Below the pieces are notes generated by a model that saw nothing but the letters and a program-made list of their open reading frames with translations, had not been told where the DNA came from and ran no database searches. DNA of 32,201 bases from a virus (taxonomy: Duplodnaviria > Caudoviricetes), in IMG/VR virus record IMGVR_UViG_3300037313_002212, positions 1 through 32,201 of that record. One strand, 5' to 3'. Numbering within the stretch: position 1 is the first letter of the stretch; each line of letters opens with the position of its first letter. The translations under genes were made by a program, and so were the position numbers. Positions 9,313-17,831 of the stretch are shown piece by piece.

Positions 9313-10944
9313 GTGGTGATGGACACCATATTAGACATAAATGCCGAATTAGCTGCAATGGAGCTTCAAAAGTTCCAGCGGTTTTTTCCGTTCAGATCAC
9401 ATCCTTTTGCAGCGCGTGTTGATGGTGCAAAAGCGATGCTATTGGGTGAACAAACAGCAGCGCGTGATAAGATTCGCGCCGCACTAGAGGATGGCGTTCG
9501 GGTAGTAGTATTTGTTGGTCCGTCAGGGCTCGGCAAGTCAATTATCATCGACAATGCAATCTCAGTTATCCACGACAAATACCAACCCATAAAACTTGAC
9601 GCTAGTAGCCTGGCGGCACCGGCAGATCTGCCGAGGCTGATCGGCCAGATCGATAAGAACACAAAGTTTGTAAGGTTCTTCGTGGACGATGCGCACGACA
9701 TCTCACGGGGAATGCTGATCGAATTTCGTAATTTCCTCAATCTGTTAGAAAGCGAGGGTATAAGCTCACAAGTAGTCCTTGTCGGCAAGCAGCAAGTAGT
9801 CGATTTGTTTGCCGACGCGTTTGCTGGCCTATCGACTGTCACCATAAATATGACGCCAATGGATTATGAAACGCTGCATGCATATATGGCATCTCGGCTG
9901 AATCTGGCTGGGCTAAGCTCTACACAAGTTATGACGTCAGGAGCTATACAAACTCTAATCCGTGCTAGCAACGGCAGTCTTGGTCGACTTAACGCGCTTG
10001 CAACTCACTCGTTCCGCAATGCCGTTGATTTGCGCCACACAAAAGTCCAACCAGGAGATGCGTCACTTGCTGTCAGTAAACCCGGCGTATTACCGTCTAA
10101 TGCTTATAGCTGGACAAGGCGACACCCCAAAACCTCTATTGTGCTGATGGCATCTGTTGCATGTGCTGCGTTTATCTCCTACGGAGTTGGGAAGCCATGG
10201 TTTCATGATGCAAGAGAGGCAACAGTCGGTAACCTACAATATGGAATCAGCTCAGTAATAGACTTGTTTTCAGACCATTCGAGTGAGGAATCGCCACAAG
10301 TTGTGGCCGACGATGACGCTGGTTCGAGACAGGTCGATCCGATATTCCTAAAACGGACTGAGGATGAAAACAAGCGAGCGGCTGCTGCTAGGGCCAAATT
10401 ACTGGCCAAGATGGATCAAGAAGTAAGGGGGACAGTTCCAACTGGTAACGATGTGCAGTCCAAAGCTGCCTCTGAGCCAGCGCAGGCGCCTCAGGTGCCA
10501 GCAGGGCAAGACACTGGTCAAGAGCAACCGGCGAATGTCGTAGCTGAGCAACCTGAACATAAGGCGGCCAACACGATGGTTGTTGCCTCAAAAGGCGCGA
10601 ATGACACGCTTTTAGCTGCCACAGCGCCGCCTATCGTGGCGCGACCGGTAGCACCTGAACCAATAATTGGTGGTCCGGTTGCCGCTGGACAAGAAACTAA
10701 TGAGGATATTCCGTTACCACCTCCTGCTCCTCCGGCGCAAACAAAGACAGCACCAGCAGCACACAAAGCTCACGAAAACAAATTGGCGGCTGCTAGTGCT
10801 GAACGGGCTGCCACCACGCGGGCTGGAAAGTTACCTGAGTTTTGTACGCGGATGCATCCCGACACAGAAGCTGGCAAGGCATATATGCGCCAAGTATGCG
10901 TTCCACAGAATGTAAGAGGCGACATATATTTCCACGTCCATTAA
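9313..10944 (+). CDS. ExeA/GspA-like AAA ATPase with transmembrane helix and Pro/Ala-rich C-terminal region
   Basis: Walker A GPSGLGKS, Walker B FFVDDAH, QVVLVG, Y...RL..AG, S.G..GR.N.L; hydrophobic segment IVLMASVACAAFISYGV. Confidence 0.75.
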   Translation: MVMDTILDINAELAAMELQKFQRFFPFRSHPFAARVDGAKAMLLGEQTAARDKIRAALEDGVRVVVFVGPSGLGKSIIIDNAISVIHDKYQPIKLDASSLAAPADLPRLIGQIDKNTKFVRFFVDDAHDISRGMLIEFRNFLNLLESEGISSQVVLVGKQQVVDLFADAFAGLSTVTINMTPMDYETLHAYMASRLNLAGLSSTQVMTSGAIQTLIRASNGSLGRLNALATHSFRNAVDLRHTKVQPGDASLAVSKPGVLPSNAYSWTRRHPKTSIVLMASVACAAFISYGVGKPWFHDAREATVGNLQYGISSVIDLFSDHSSEESPQVVADDDAGSRQVDPIFLKRTEDENKRAAAARAKLLAKMDQEVRGTVPTGNDVQSKAASEPAQAPQVPAGQDTGQEQPANVVAEQPEHKAANTMVVASKGANDTLLAATAPPIVARPVAPEPIIGGPVAAGQETNEDIPLPPPAPPAQTKTAPAAHKAHENKLAAASAERAATTRAGKLPEFCTRMHPDTEAGKAYMRQVCVPQNVRGDIYFHVH

Positions 10945-10961
10945 TACAAACTTAGCACCGT

Positions 10962-10993
10962 AAAAAACCCTGGATAGCATTCAGGGTTTTTTT
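10962..10993. terminator. Rho-independent terminator (bidirectional geometry)
   Basis: AAAAAACCCTG-gatagcatt-CAGGGTTTTTT right after the ExeA-like gene. Confidence 0.85.
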
Positions 10994-11017
10994 GTGACTG
11001 AAATTCGCCAAAATCCA

Positions 11018-11099
11018 TAAATATGTTTGCACGCACTGCGGGTGTGGTTTGCCGTGGTCCTCAATTTACGCAAGAGTTTTTGTGACTTTGAGATAAATA
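11018..11099 (+). promoter_or_regulatory. Two TAAATA late promoters upstream of the tail sheath gene (11018, 11094)
   Basis: Motif occurs twice in the intergenic region. Confidence 0.6.
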
Positions 11100-11141
11100 A
11101 ATGAAACCAGATCGCTGATCGACCGTCAAAAGGGGTTCAAT

Positions 11142-14111
11142 ATGGCTTATCCTCTATCATCACCCGGTGTAGACATAGAAGTTACAGATGAGGCCTTCTA
11201 TGCGGCATCTGGCCAAGGTACAGTCCCATTGTTTATTCTCGGGACACACGAGTATAAAACTCAACCCAATTCGACGACTGTCGCTGCAGGCACCTTACCG
11301 GAAAACGCTAATAACCTATACCTCATCACAAGCCAGCGGGAGTTGATCCAAACTTTCGGTAATCCCATTTTCTACACGTCGCAGGGAACGCCACTTGACG
11401 GATACGAACTCAATGAATATGGGCTCCATGCCGCATATCAGTATCTTGCTCTATCGAGCACAGCATATGTGATTCGAGGCGCCTTGGACTATTCACAGTT
11501 ACGGCCATCGAGCTCCCATCCAGTTGGACCACCGGTCGGCGGTACTTACTGGCTTAACACCACGACGTCCAGTTGGGGCATTCAACAATATGATGGCACA
11601 AACTGGATTAACCAGAAACCATTGGTTATTGATCAAGATACAGACCTTGTATTCACGTTAGTAGGCACAGGCGTCGGATCTGATGACCCAACTACAGCGC
11701 AGATAACAGCCGATGGTGAGTTGGTAATTAACACCACTCACACAGCGTCGCTTACTGCTGGTATGACGCTAAACGATGCAGTGTCTGCGATCAACGCAGC
11801 GACCGGCGCTACTTCCGCATGGGTGGTTGGCGTTGCTGGCAAAGCCTATATTATGCTAATTGATGCGCTCGACGAGGGGAAGCTAGATCTCGCTGGTACA
11901 ACGAACCAAATACTGGTCGATTTGGGGTTGAGCGATGGCAACACAGATCAAGCAGCTCAGTTACAGCCAAAATCCTCAGTTGGCTCTGATGGTGACTATT
12001 GTGTCAATGCTGTCTTCAATGATAACCAAATATTTCAGAAGCTCACATCGTTTTATATGGTTGGATCGACTGAAACTGCGTCACCAACGACTTGGTGCCT
12101 TGTCAATTCAGATATGTGGGAGAAATCAACCAAAGCAACGGTTAACGGCACTGCTAATAAGGTGACATATGGTCCTCATTATACATTACCGGTGAATCCA
12201 CGAACTGGTGATGTCTGGATCGTCACTACGCCATTTAACAATGGAGCAGATTTCGTTCTACAAGCTTATAACGCAAACACCGGAGCATGGGTGTCAGTAT
12301 CAGCACCAGTATATGCAGATGACGCCGCGGCTAATGCTGGAATTGGGACAAACTTCCTCACTGTCAATTCCAGCGTCTACCTCCAGTGCCCTGGCACTGT
12401 TGATACCGCTAATAACAAGGCAACGGCTGGTTTTACGCCGATGATTCTTACTGCCATCAATCCTGACAACAGCACAGTCTGGTCCGTGTTGGAATATCAA
12501 GCACAGAGCACAGCACCAACCACCGAGCCAGCCGATGGGACTTTGTGGTTCAATAACGACTTCAAAGTTGATATTATGGTATCTACTGGTCAAAAGTGGC
12601 AAGGATATAGGACGGCGTTTCCGCAAACTGACCCGAATGGCCCTATACTGGACGCTAGCGCGCCAACGACACAAAGTGACAACACTGCACTTGTCGATAA
12701 CGATATTTGGATCGATACATCGCTGGCAAGCTTGGAGTCATATCCAAAAATCTACCGCTACAAGGCGAACACTAAAACATGGACGCTGATTGACAACAAT
12801 GACGATACCACCCCTAAGGGTATAATTTTTGCCGATGCAAGGTGGAATATTGATGGCAGCAAAGATGGTGACCAGAATATAGCGTCTTTGGTGACAAGCG
12901 ATTACGTTGATCCTGATGCACCTGACGCACTGTTGTATCCAACTGGTTTACTTCTGTTCAACACGCGTTACAGCACTCAAAACGTTAAACAGTGGCAATC
13001 AACACAACTTAGCGGTCTTTATCAGTCAACTGATTACACATCGGTTGATTATACCGTCGGAACTCAGTCATTTGACCCAGTGCCATATGGTGGACGTTGG
13101 GTGACAATAAGTGGCAATAACGGCAACGCCCCGTATGCCGGCCGCAAGGCACAGCGTGAAGTGATTGTTAAAAGCCTTAAAGCAGTAGTTAATAGCAACG
13201 ACGCGCTTTTGGCTGAGACATTTTACTTTAATTTGATGTGTGCGCCTGGCTATCCTGAGCTTATCGAGGATATGGACAATCTTAACACCGCGAAAAAACA
13301 GGTTGCGTTCATTGTTGCAGACACTCCACCACGTCTCGACCCCAGTGGCACAAGCCTCGCTAACTGGGCAAAAAACACCGCTGCCGCAAAAGACAATGGA
13401 GAAGACGGCCTTGTCACAGCTAGCCAGTTTGTTGGAATCTACTATCCATGGGCATTGACGACCAATATCGATGGCACGACAATCATCGTGCCGCCAAGCA
13501 CTGTTGCAATGCGCACAATAGCGTATAGCGACAGTGTGTCATATCCTTGGTATACGCCAGCTGGCTATACGCGTGGCCTTGTCAACAACGCATCTTCGGT
13601 AGGCTATATTGATAGAACAACAGGATTATTTAAAGCGGTTCTGTTGAACCAGGGCCAACGGGATGTGCTATATCAGAACAACATTAATGCGATAGCCTAT
13701 ATGCCCAATAGAGGTCTGGTTATTATGGGTGACAAGACATTGTCGCCGCTTGCCAATGCTGAAAATAGGATTAATGTTGCGAGGTTGGTCAACTATCTTA
13801 GATATAACCTCAACAATATAGCGCAGCCATTTATCTTCGAGCCAAACGTTCAGCACACGCAGGATAGTGCGAAAACAGTGATGGAAAGGTTCCTATCAAA
13901 CCTTGTGACATTGAACGCACTTTACGACTTTATTGTGGTGTGTGATTCGTCCAACAATACGCCCGATCGCATAGACAATAACGAACTGTGGATCGACATA
14001 GCAATCCAACCTGTTAAGACTATCGATTTCATCTACATTCCGTTACGGCTAGAGCCGACTGGCACCGATTTGGCATCACTGTATTCAGGATCAGCAGGCG
14101 CGGTTAAGTAA
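11142..14111 (+). CDS. Contractile tail sheath protein (T4 gp18-like) with large insertion
   Basis: N-terminal SPGV.I...DE, ITSQREL...FG.P; C-terminal YYPW, VPPS, PWY.PAG..RG, RD.LY...IN.I, GDKT, RINVARL, FEPN, VVCD.SNNTP..ID.N.L..DI...P.K..DFIYI. Confidence 0.95.
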   Translation: MAYPLSSPGVDIEVTDEAFYAASGQGTVPLFILGTHEYKTQPNSTTVAAGTLPENANNLYLITSQRELIQTFGNPIFYTSQGTPLDGYELNEYGLHAAYQYLALSSTAYVIRGALDYSQLRPSSSHPVGPPVGGTYWLNTTTSSWGIQQYDGTNWINQKPLVIDQDTDLVFTLVGTGVGSDDPTTAQITADGELVINTTHTASLTAGMTLNDAVSAINAATGATSAWVVGVAGKAYIMLIDALDEGKLDLAGTTNQILVDLGLSDGNTDQAAQLQPKSSVGSDGDYCVNAVFNDNQIFQKLTSFYMVGSTETASPTTWCLVNSDMWEKSTKATVNGTANKVTYGPHYTLPVNPRTGDVWIVTTPFNNGADFVLQAYNANTGAWVSVSAPVYADDAAANAGIGTNFLTVNSSVYLQCPGTVDTANNKATAGFTPMILTAINPDNSTVWSVLEYQAQSTAPTTEPADGTLWFNNDFKVDIMVSTGQKWQGYRTAFPQTDPNGPILDASAPTTQSDNTALVDNDIWIDTSLASLESYPKIYRYKANTKTWTLIDNNDDTTPKGIIFADARWNIDGSKDGDQNIASLVTSDYVDPDAPDALLYPTGLLLFNTRYSTQNVKQWQSTQLSGLYQSTDYTSVDYTVGTQSFDPVPYGGRWVTISGNNGNAPYAGRKAQREVIVKSLKAVVNSNDALLAETFYFNLMCAPGYPELIEDMDNLNTAKKQVAFIVADTPPRLDPSGTSLANWAKNTAAAKDNGEDGLVTASQFVGIYYPWALTTNIDGTTIIVPPSTVAMRTIAYSDSVSYPWYTPAGYTRGLVNNASSVGYIDRTTGLFKAVLLNQGQRDVLYQNNINAIAYMPNRGLVIMGDKTLSPLANAENRINVARLVNYLRYNLNNIAQPFIFEPNVQHTQDSAKTVMERFLSNLVTLNALYDFIVVCDSSNNTPDRIDNNELWIDIAIQPVKTIDFIYIPLRLEPTGTDLASLYSGSAGAVK

Positions 14112-14120
14112 AAGAAAATG

Positions 14121-14144
14121 TGTAGCGGGCAATTGCCCGCTACA
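14121..14144. terminator. Perfect 24-bp palindrome / hairpin after the sheath gene
   Basis: TGTAGCGGGC-AATT-GCCCGCTACA; A-rich on the left, no clear U-tract on +. Confidence 0.6.
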
Positions 14145-14194
14145 GTCATGAATGACAGGGCTGTATAATGCGCATATGCAGATGAGGTAGAGAT

Positions 14195-14527
14195 ATGAAG
14201 CACCTATCAGTTCTAGCCTTAGTCGCATTATCTGGTTGTGTCGGGCCCGACTATAGCCAACCCTATGGTTACCTTGGCAGTCCAAATTATGGCGCCGGTG
14301 CCTACACAAATGATACCTACTATGACGGATTTGGCTATCACCCTCAAAACTGGTATAATAATCCACCTGCACCGTTGCCGCCGGGGCGGCCGCCAATGCC
14401 AGTAGCAGTGACGCCTCCAAACAATCCGCCACCCCCACCGCCTCCTGCCCGGCGTCCGCCTGCGAGGTCACAGTTACCACCACCGCCAGGCCCAGATCTG
14501 CCACCGCCTCAAGCGCCTGCTCCCTAA
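14195..14527 (+). CDS. Proline-rich lipoprotein
   Basis: Signal peptide with lipobox LSG-C (MKHLSVLALVALSGC), Tyr/Gly-rich middle, poly-Pro tail; RBS GAGG. Confidence 0.75.
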   Translation: MKHLSVLALVALSGCVGPDYSQPYGYLGSPNYGAGAYTNDTYYDGFGYHPQNWYNNPPAPLPPGRPPMPVAVTPPNNPPPPPPPARRPPARSQLPPPPGPDLPPPQAPAP

Positions 14528-14575
14528 TTAAACTCAATTAGTGACATCTGGCTAAACAATATCTATAACTAGCCA

Positions 14576-14863
14576 ATGAAGAAACCCAAAGCTGCCTACG
14601 AATATCGCTTTAAGTTTAAAATTGAGGGGAGAAGGGTAATACAAGTATGGGGTATCACATACGCTGCCGCGTTTATGGCCAGTGCAACAACACTTAAGGG
14701 AGAAGGTTATAAAGAAAAAGGACGTTATAAAATAGGATGTGGGCGATACATTATAAGATTTGTGAAATCGCACCGATTTGGTGCAAAGACTCTCGTCGTC
14801 TTTGTCACCCAATTACCCGGTAAACGCCGGCTCTGTATAGACAGATCGACCGTCAAGGAGTAA
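14576..14863 (+). CDS. Small basic hypothetical protein
   Basis: 95-aa Lys/Arg-rich ORF; no clear RBS. Confidence 0.4.
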   Translation: MKKPKAAYEYRFKFKIEGRRVIQVWGITYAAAFMASATTLKGEGYKEKGRYKIGCGRYIIRFVKSHRFGAKTLVVFVTQLPGKRRLCIDRSTVKE

Positions 14864-14879
14864 CGTCCTGAACCCATAA

Positions 14880-15212
14880 ACACATCTCTGGTGACTGGGA
14901 TGCTCGCTAAAGCGTAAAGGTACACGCCAGGTAGCGCTGGGTAGAGATGTGTAATCCGGAATTAACCGGAAATGGCGGTGGGAAGGCTGACTACCTTCTC
15001 TCGGCTGTAGGATGTAAAACCATCCTACTATGTGGATCGCGACGCGTGATGGAGCCGACGCGCACACCTACCCACCTAGGGAGCGGTAGGGTAAGTAGTA
15101 GATAGGAGCGTTACCTCTCCTATCATGAAGGAACTGGGGAGGCGGTTATTGTGGTGAACAGTAACGATAAGTCCTTTTAGGTATACCAGCGCGATCCACA
15201 GATCGAACCTGT
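14880..15212 (+). ncRNA. Candidate large structured non-coding RNA or cis-regulatory leader, family unassigned
   Basis: At least nine complementary pairs in about 330 nt with no credible ORF, including ACACATCTCT/AGAGATGTGT and TGTGGATCGCG/CGCGATCCACA. Strand inferred from G-U pairs and flanking gene orientation. Confidence 0.7.
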
Positions 15213-15232
15213 TGTAGCAAGGAGTGTATAAA

Positions 15233-15865
15233 GTGGTCGAAAAGAGTTTTGTTTCTGACACCGTTACCGTTCAATTGAACATCGAAGAAGCGATCACCTC
15301 CGACACTGTTAAGGCAACATTAGCTGTTAGCAAAGTAATAAGCGACGACCAGCCTTTTGATCTACGCGCTCTGCTCAGAAGTATTGTCGACGTGAATTGG
15401 GAGATTCATAAGGTTCAACGGTACGAGGACAACGGCTTGCAACGAGTAGCTGCCAATGTAAGCGCCCGTATTGCCGATTCAGATGCGGCGCTGCTTCACA
15501 AAAAGGTGGCAGACCTCAGCAAAGCTGGACTGAAGATTCAGGTGTTAGCCCTCGATTACTCGCCGGAGCGTAATAAGATTGAAGCTGCCAAACAATCCCT
15601 GCGCCAGCGTGTTTATAAGTTGGCGCATGAGGAGGCTGAGATCCTTAATCAAGCAATTCCACAGGCTGTGTATCCATGGCGCGTTGGATCAATCGACTTT
15701 GCGCGGGGTAATGATGGCCAAAATGTGTTGAGGTCGGCCACGTATGCAACGGTCGCTACTGCCGCCACTGTCGACCCAGAAGGTGGCGAAGCAGAGCCAA
15801 TTGACGTCGCTTACAAGGTTGGTATCACTGCAACGGTGAGGCTCACACGCTCGGTCGTCGTATAG
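15233..15865 (+). CDS. SIMPL (DUF541/BP26)-like protein lacking a signal peptide
   Basis: D...V.L.I beta start, helix with A..EA..L, RVGSID, terminal V...ATV.L strand resemble the SIMPL layout; GTG 15233 is 8 nt after AAGGAG. Confidence 0.45.
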   Translation: MVEKSFVSDTVTVQLNIEEAITSDTVKATLAVSKVISDDQPFDLRALLRSIVDVNWEIHKVQRYEDNGLQRVAANVSARIADSDAALLHKKVADLSKAGLKIQVLALDYSPERNKIEAAKQSLRQRVYKLAHEEAEILNQAIPQAVYPWRVGSIDFARGNDGQNVLRSATYATVATAATVDPEGGEAEPIDVAYKVGITATVRLTRSVVV

Positions 15866-15880
15866 TAATAGTTTAACCAC

Positions 15881-15912
15881 TAAATACCTCGTGCAAAACA
15901 CGAGGTATTTTT
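15881..15912 (+). promoter_or_regulatory. Terminator-like hairpin overlapping a TAAATA promoter and sequestering the next RBS
   Basis: AAATACCTCGTG-caaaa-CACGAGGTATTT, then TT-ATG. Confidence 0.75.
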
Positions 15913-16875
15913 ATGACTACTGTGGATGTATCCGCTTTACATCTGAAGATCACAACCAAGCCAAACAGCCAAGTAGTTGATCGCTTCTATTCAGAATACA
16001 GAAATGCGTTTAGTTTGCCACACGTTAAAGAGACGTTGACGGGCTTTCGCAACGCGCTGAGGATGAACAAAAGCGACTACGCGCAGCGCCATCACGGACC
16101 AAGTTGCGAGTATATTGGCTACCTCCATACCGATGACGGCGAATTTGTCGCCGGCTTGAACTTTGTCTGTTTTCCAATGACCGAGTTCAACATTATAGCA
16201 ATCCATTCAATCTATGTGTTTATCGACGAAGGGTGGAGAGCAAGAGGAATCCTTCGCCACCTTTATAAGATAATGGAAACTGTGGCAACGAACTATTCGC
16301 AATCGTTTGAGTTAAATTCAGCCGCTGAAATTTTGTTTTTTGGTGAACAGAACGACCCATTCAAAATGACAGTTCGCGAATATCTAATGGACAGCGACAC
16401 AGCAAAAATCGACCAATTTGACAGGATTTCAATCTGGGCAGGATTGAAGGCAAGGTTGGTTCTGATTCCTTATGTACAGCCACCATTAAGCTACCATTCA
16501 AAACCAGACACCAAGCTGTTCCTGCGAGTGATTTTCAAGGAGGATATGGACCAACAGCATCCTCCAGATGTAAGGGAAATCGACCCGTGCGTTATGTATG
16601 AATGTCTTCGTCGTTATATTACCTTTCCTGTATTAAAGGGCGAAGTGCGACAGACACGGGAAACCGAGGAACAATTTGAGTACCTCAAGCGGTTGATGAC
16701 AAATAGAAAGATGGTTAAGGCTGTGCTGCTGCCACAAGATTTCGTTCTACAGACTATGAAAACTGATCTTCTTGAAAAGATGCGAAGATCAGGTAGGCGA
16801 AAATCAGTTTCCGATATGATCAACCACACATCGATAAAAGATGCAATAGCAAAGTATTACCATGTTCAAATATAA
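15913..16875 (+). CDS. GNAT-like acetyltransferase
   Basis: IYVFIDEGWRARGILRHLY resembles acetyl-CoA binding motif A. Confidence 0.65.
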   Translation: MTTVDVSALHLKITTKPNSQVVDRFYSEYRNAFSLPHVKETLTGFRNALRMNKSDYAQRHHGPSCEYIGYLHTDDGEFVAGLNFVCFPMTEFNIIAIHSIYVFIDEGWRARGILRHLYKIMETVATNYSQSFELNSAAEILFFGEQNDPFKMTVREYLMDSDTAKIDQFDRISIWAGLKARLVLIPYVQPPLSYHSKPDTKLFLRVIFKEDMDQQHPPDVREIDPCVMYECLRRYITFPVLKGEVRQTRETEEQFEYLKRLMTNRKMVKAVLLPQDFVLQTMKTDLLEKMRRSGRRKSVSDMINHTSIKDAIAKYYHVQI

Positions 16876-17371
16876 GATTTCAACGTTGGAAGCTGCCGAC
16901 GCACTTTGTGACTCCTGGGCCACAAAGTGCGTCAGCCTTCTAAGTCCAAAATACGCCGGGTTCTACAAAACGACACCAAAACGGCTTGTCGTATATTTTG
17001 ATGATATTGATTTTATGCCGCGGCACGGATCGAAACTTATTGCGCCAAATAGAGATGCAATTGCTGAAGTGCTCAACTTTACTAAAAGCCTAACTGAAAC
17101 TGACCGACTGCTGGTTCATTGTAAGGAAGGAATTGGCCGCAGCCCAGCGATGTTGATGGGGATTTTGTGCCAACACGGTATGACAGCTCAAAGCGCATTC
17201 GATGCAGTGCGTCATATCCGACCACAAATGTGGCCAAACGATATTGTGGTTAAATTATGTGACAGTATGTTAGGTTTGAATTCAGCCTTGATCGGTGCAG
17301 TGTATCGCTATAAACTTGAAGCTAAGAAACGTCCGTTACGGGAATTTCTCGAACTAATCGACCGGACGTGA
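16862..17371 (+). CDS. Cys-dependent protein tyrosine / dual-specificity phosphatase-like protein
   Basis: CX5R loop LVHCKEGIGRS, FDD acid loop, RP...PN. Confidence 0.85.
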   Translation: MFKYKISTLEAADALCDSWATKCVSLLSPKYAGFYKTTPKRLVVYFDDIDFMPRHGSKLIAPNRDAIAEVLNFTKSLTETDRLLVHCKEGIGRSPAMLMGILCQHGMTAQSAFDAVRHIRPQMWPNDIVVKLCDSMLGLNSALIGAVYRYKLEAKKRPLREFLELIDRT

Positions 17372-17390
17372 CCTTAGTTGGGAGTTTACC

Positions 17391-17831
17391 GTGCGTCCAG
17401 TAAACGACTCTCGCGAAATGCGAGTGCTTGCAACTACAATAACCAACCCACTTTACAATCCAGAACTCCGTCACGGTGTCAAGTCGATACGCATGTTCTA
17501 CGCCTCATTGCCGGTGTTCTTCGAATACCGGGACAGTCGTAGCATGGCCAATAGCAGCGGCGTAGTGTGTGTCGATATCCCTGCACTGGGCTTGCAAGGG
17601 ATCACAGACCCGGCGCTGTTGCTGGCGCTATACAACGCAACAGCAGCAGAAAGTGGGCAGAAACTACCGCAACTGCCCGAAGGTGAAACTGCAATAGCTT
17701 GTGGTGTGTGCAAAAATCCGACTTGGTACCTCACGCGCGATAAATTTCACCAGGCTGCAAGCAGCGTATGCGTAAAATGTGGCAACATTGTTAAAATTGT
17801 GCGTTCATTTCACCAAGCGGGACACGCCTAA
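17391..17831 (+). CDS. Hypothetical protein with C-terminal zinc ribbon
   Basis: CGVC...CVKC; RBS GGGAG. Confidence 0.6.
   Translation: MRPVNDSREMRVLATTITNPLYNPELRHGVKSIRMFYASLPVFFEYRDSRSMANSSGVVCVDIPALGLQGITDPALLLALYNATAAESGQKLPQLPEGETAIACGVCKNPTWYLTRDKFHQAASSVCVKCGNIVKIVRSFHQAGHA

Noticed and set aside
14091-14537. 148-aa minus-strand ORF
   Set aside because: Antisense shadow of the Pro-rich lipoprotein gene, which has the RBS and lipobox.
11117-14856. 13-nt repeat GATCGACCGTCAA at 11117 and 14844
   Set aside because: Only two copies; several 13-mer matches are expected by chance in 32 kb.
14880-15212. tmRNA, RNase P, tRNA or cobalamin riboswitch identity for the structured region
   Set aside because: No acceptor stem with CCA end, no GAGGAAAGUCC, and only an isolated GGGAAGG without the rest of the B12 box. 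An Rfam search is still needed.
14725-15261. Short minus-strand ORFs over the structured region
   Set aside because: No RBS or recognisable motifs; mutually overlapping; better explained as chance ORFs.
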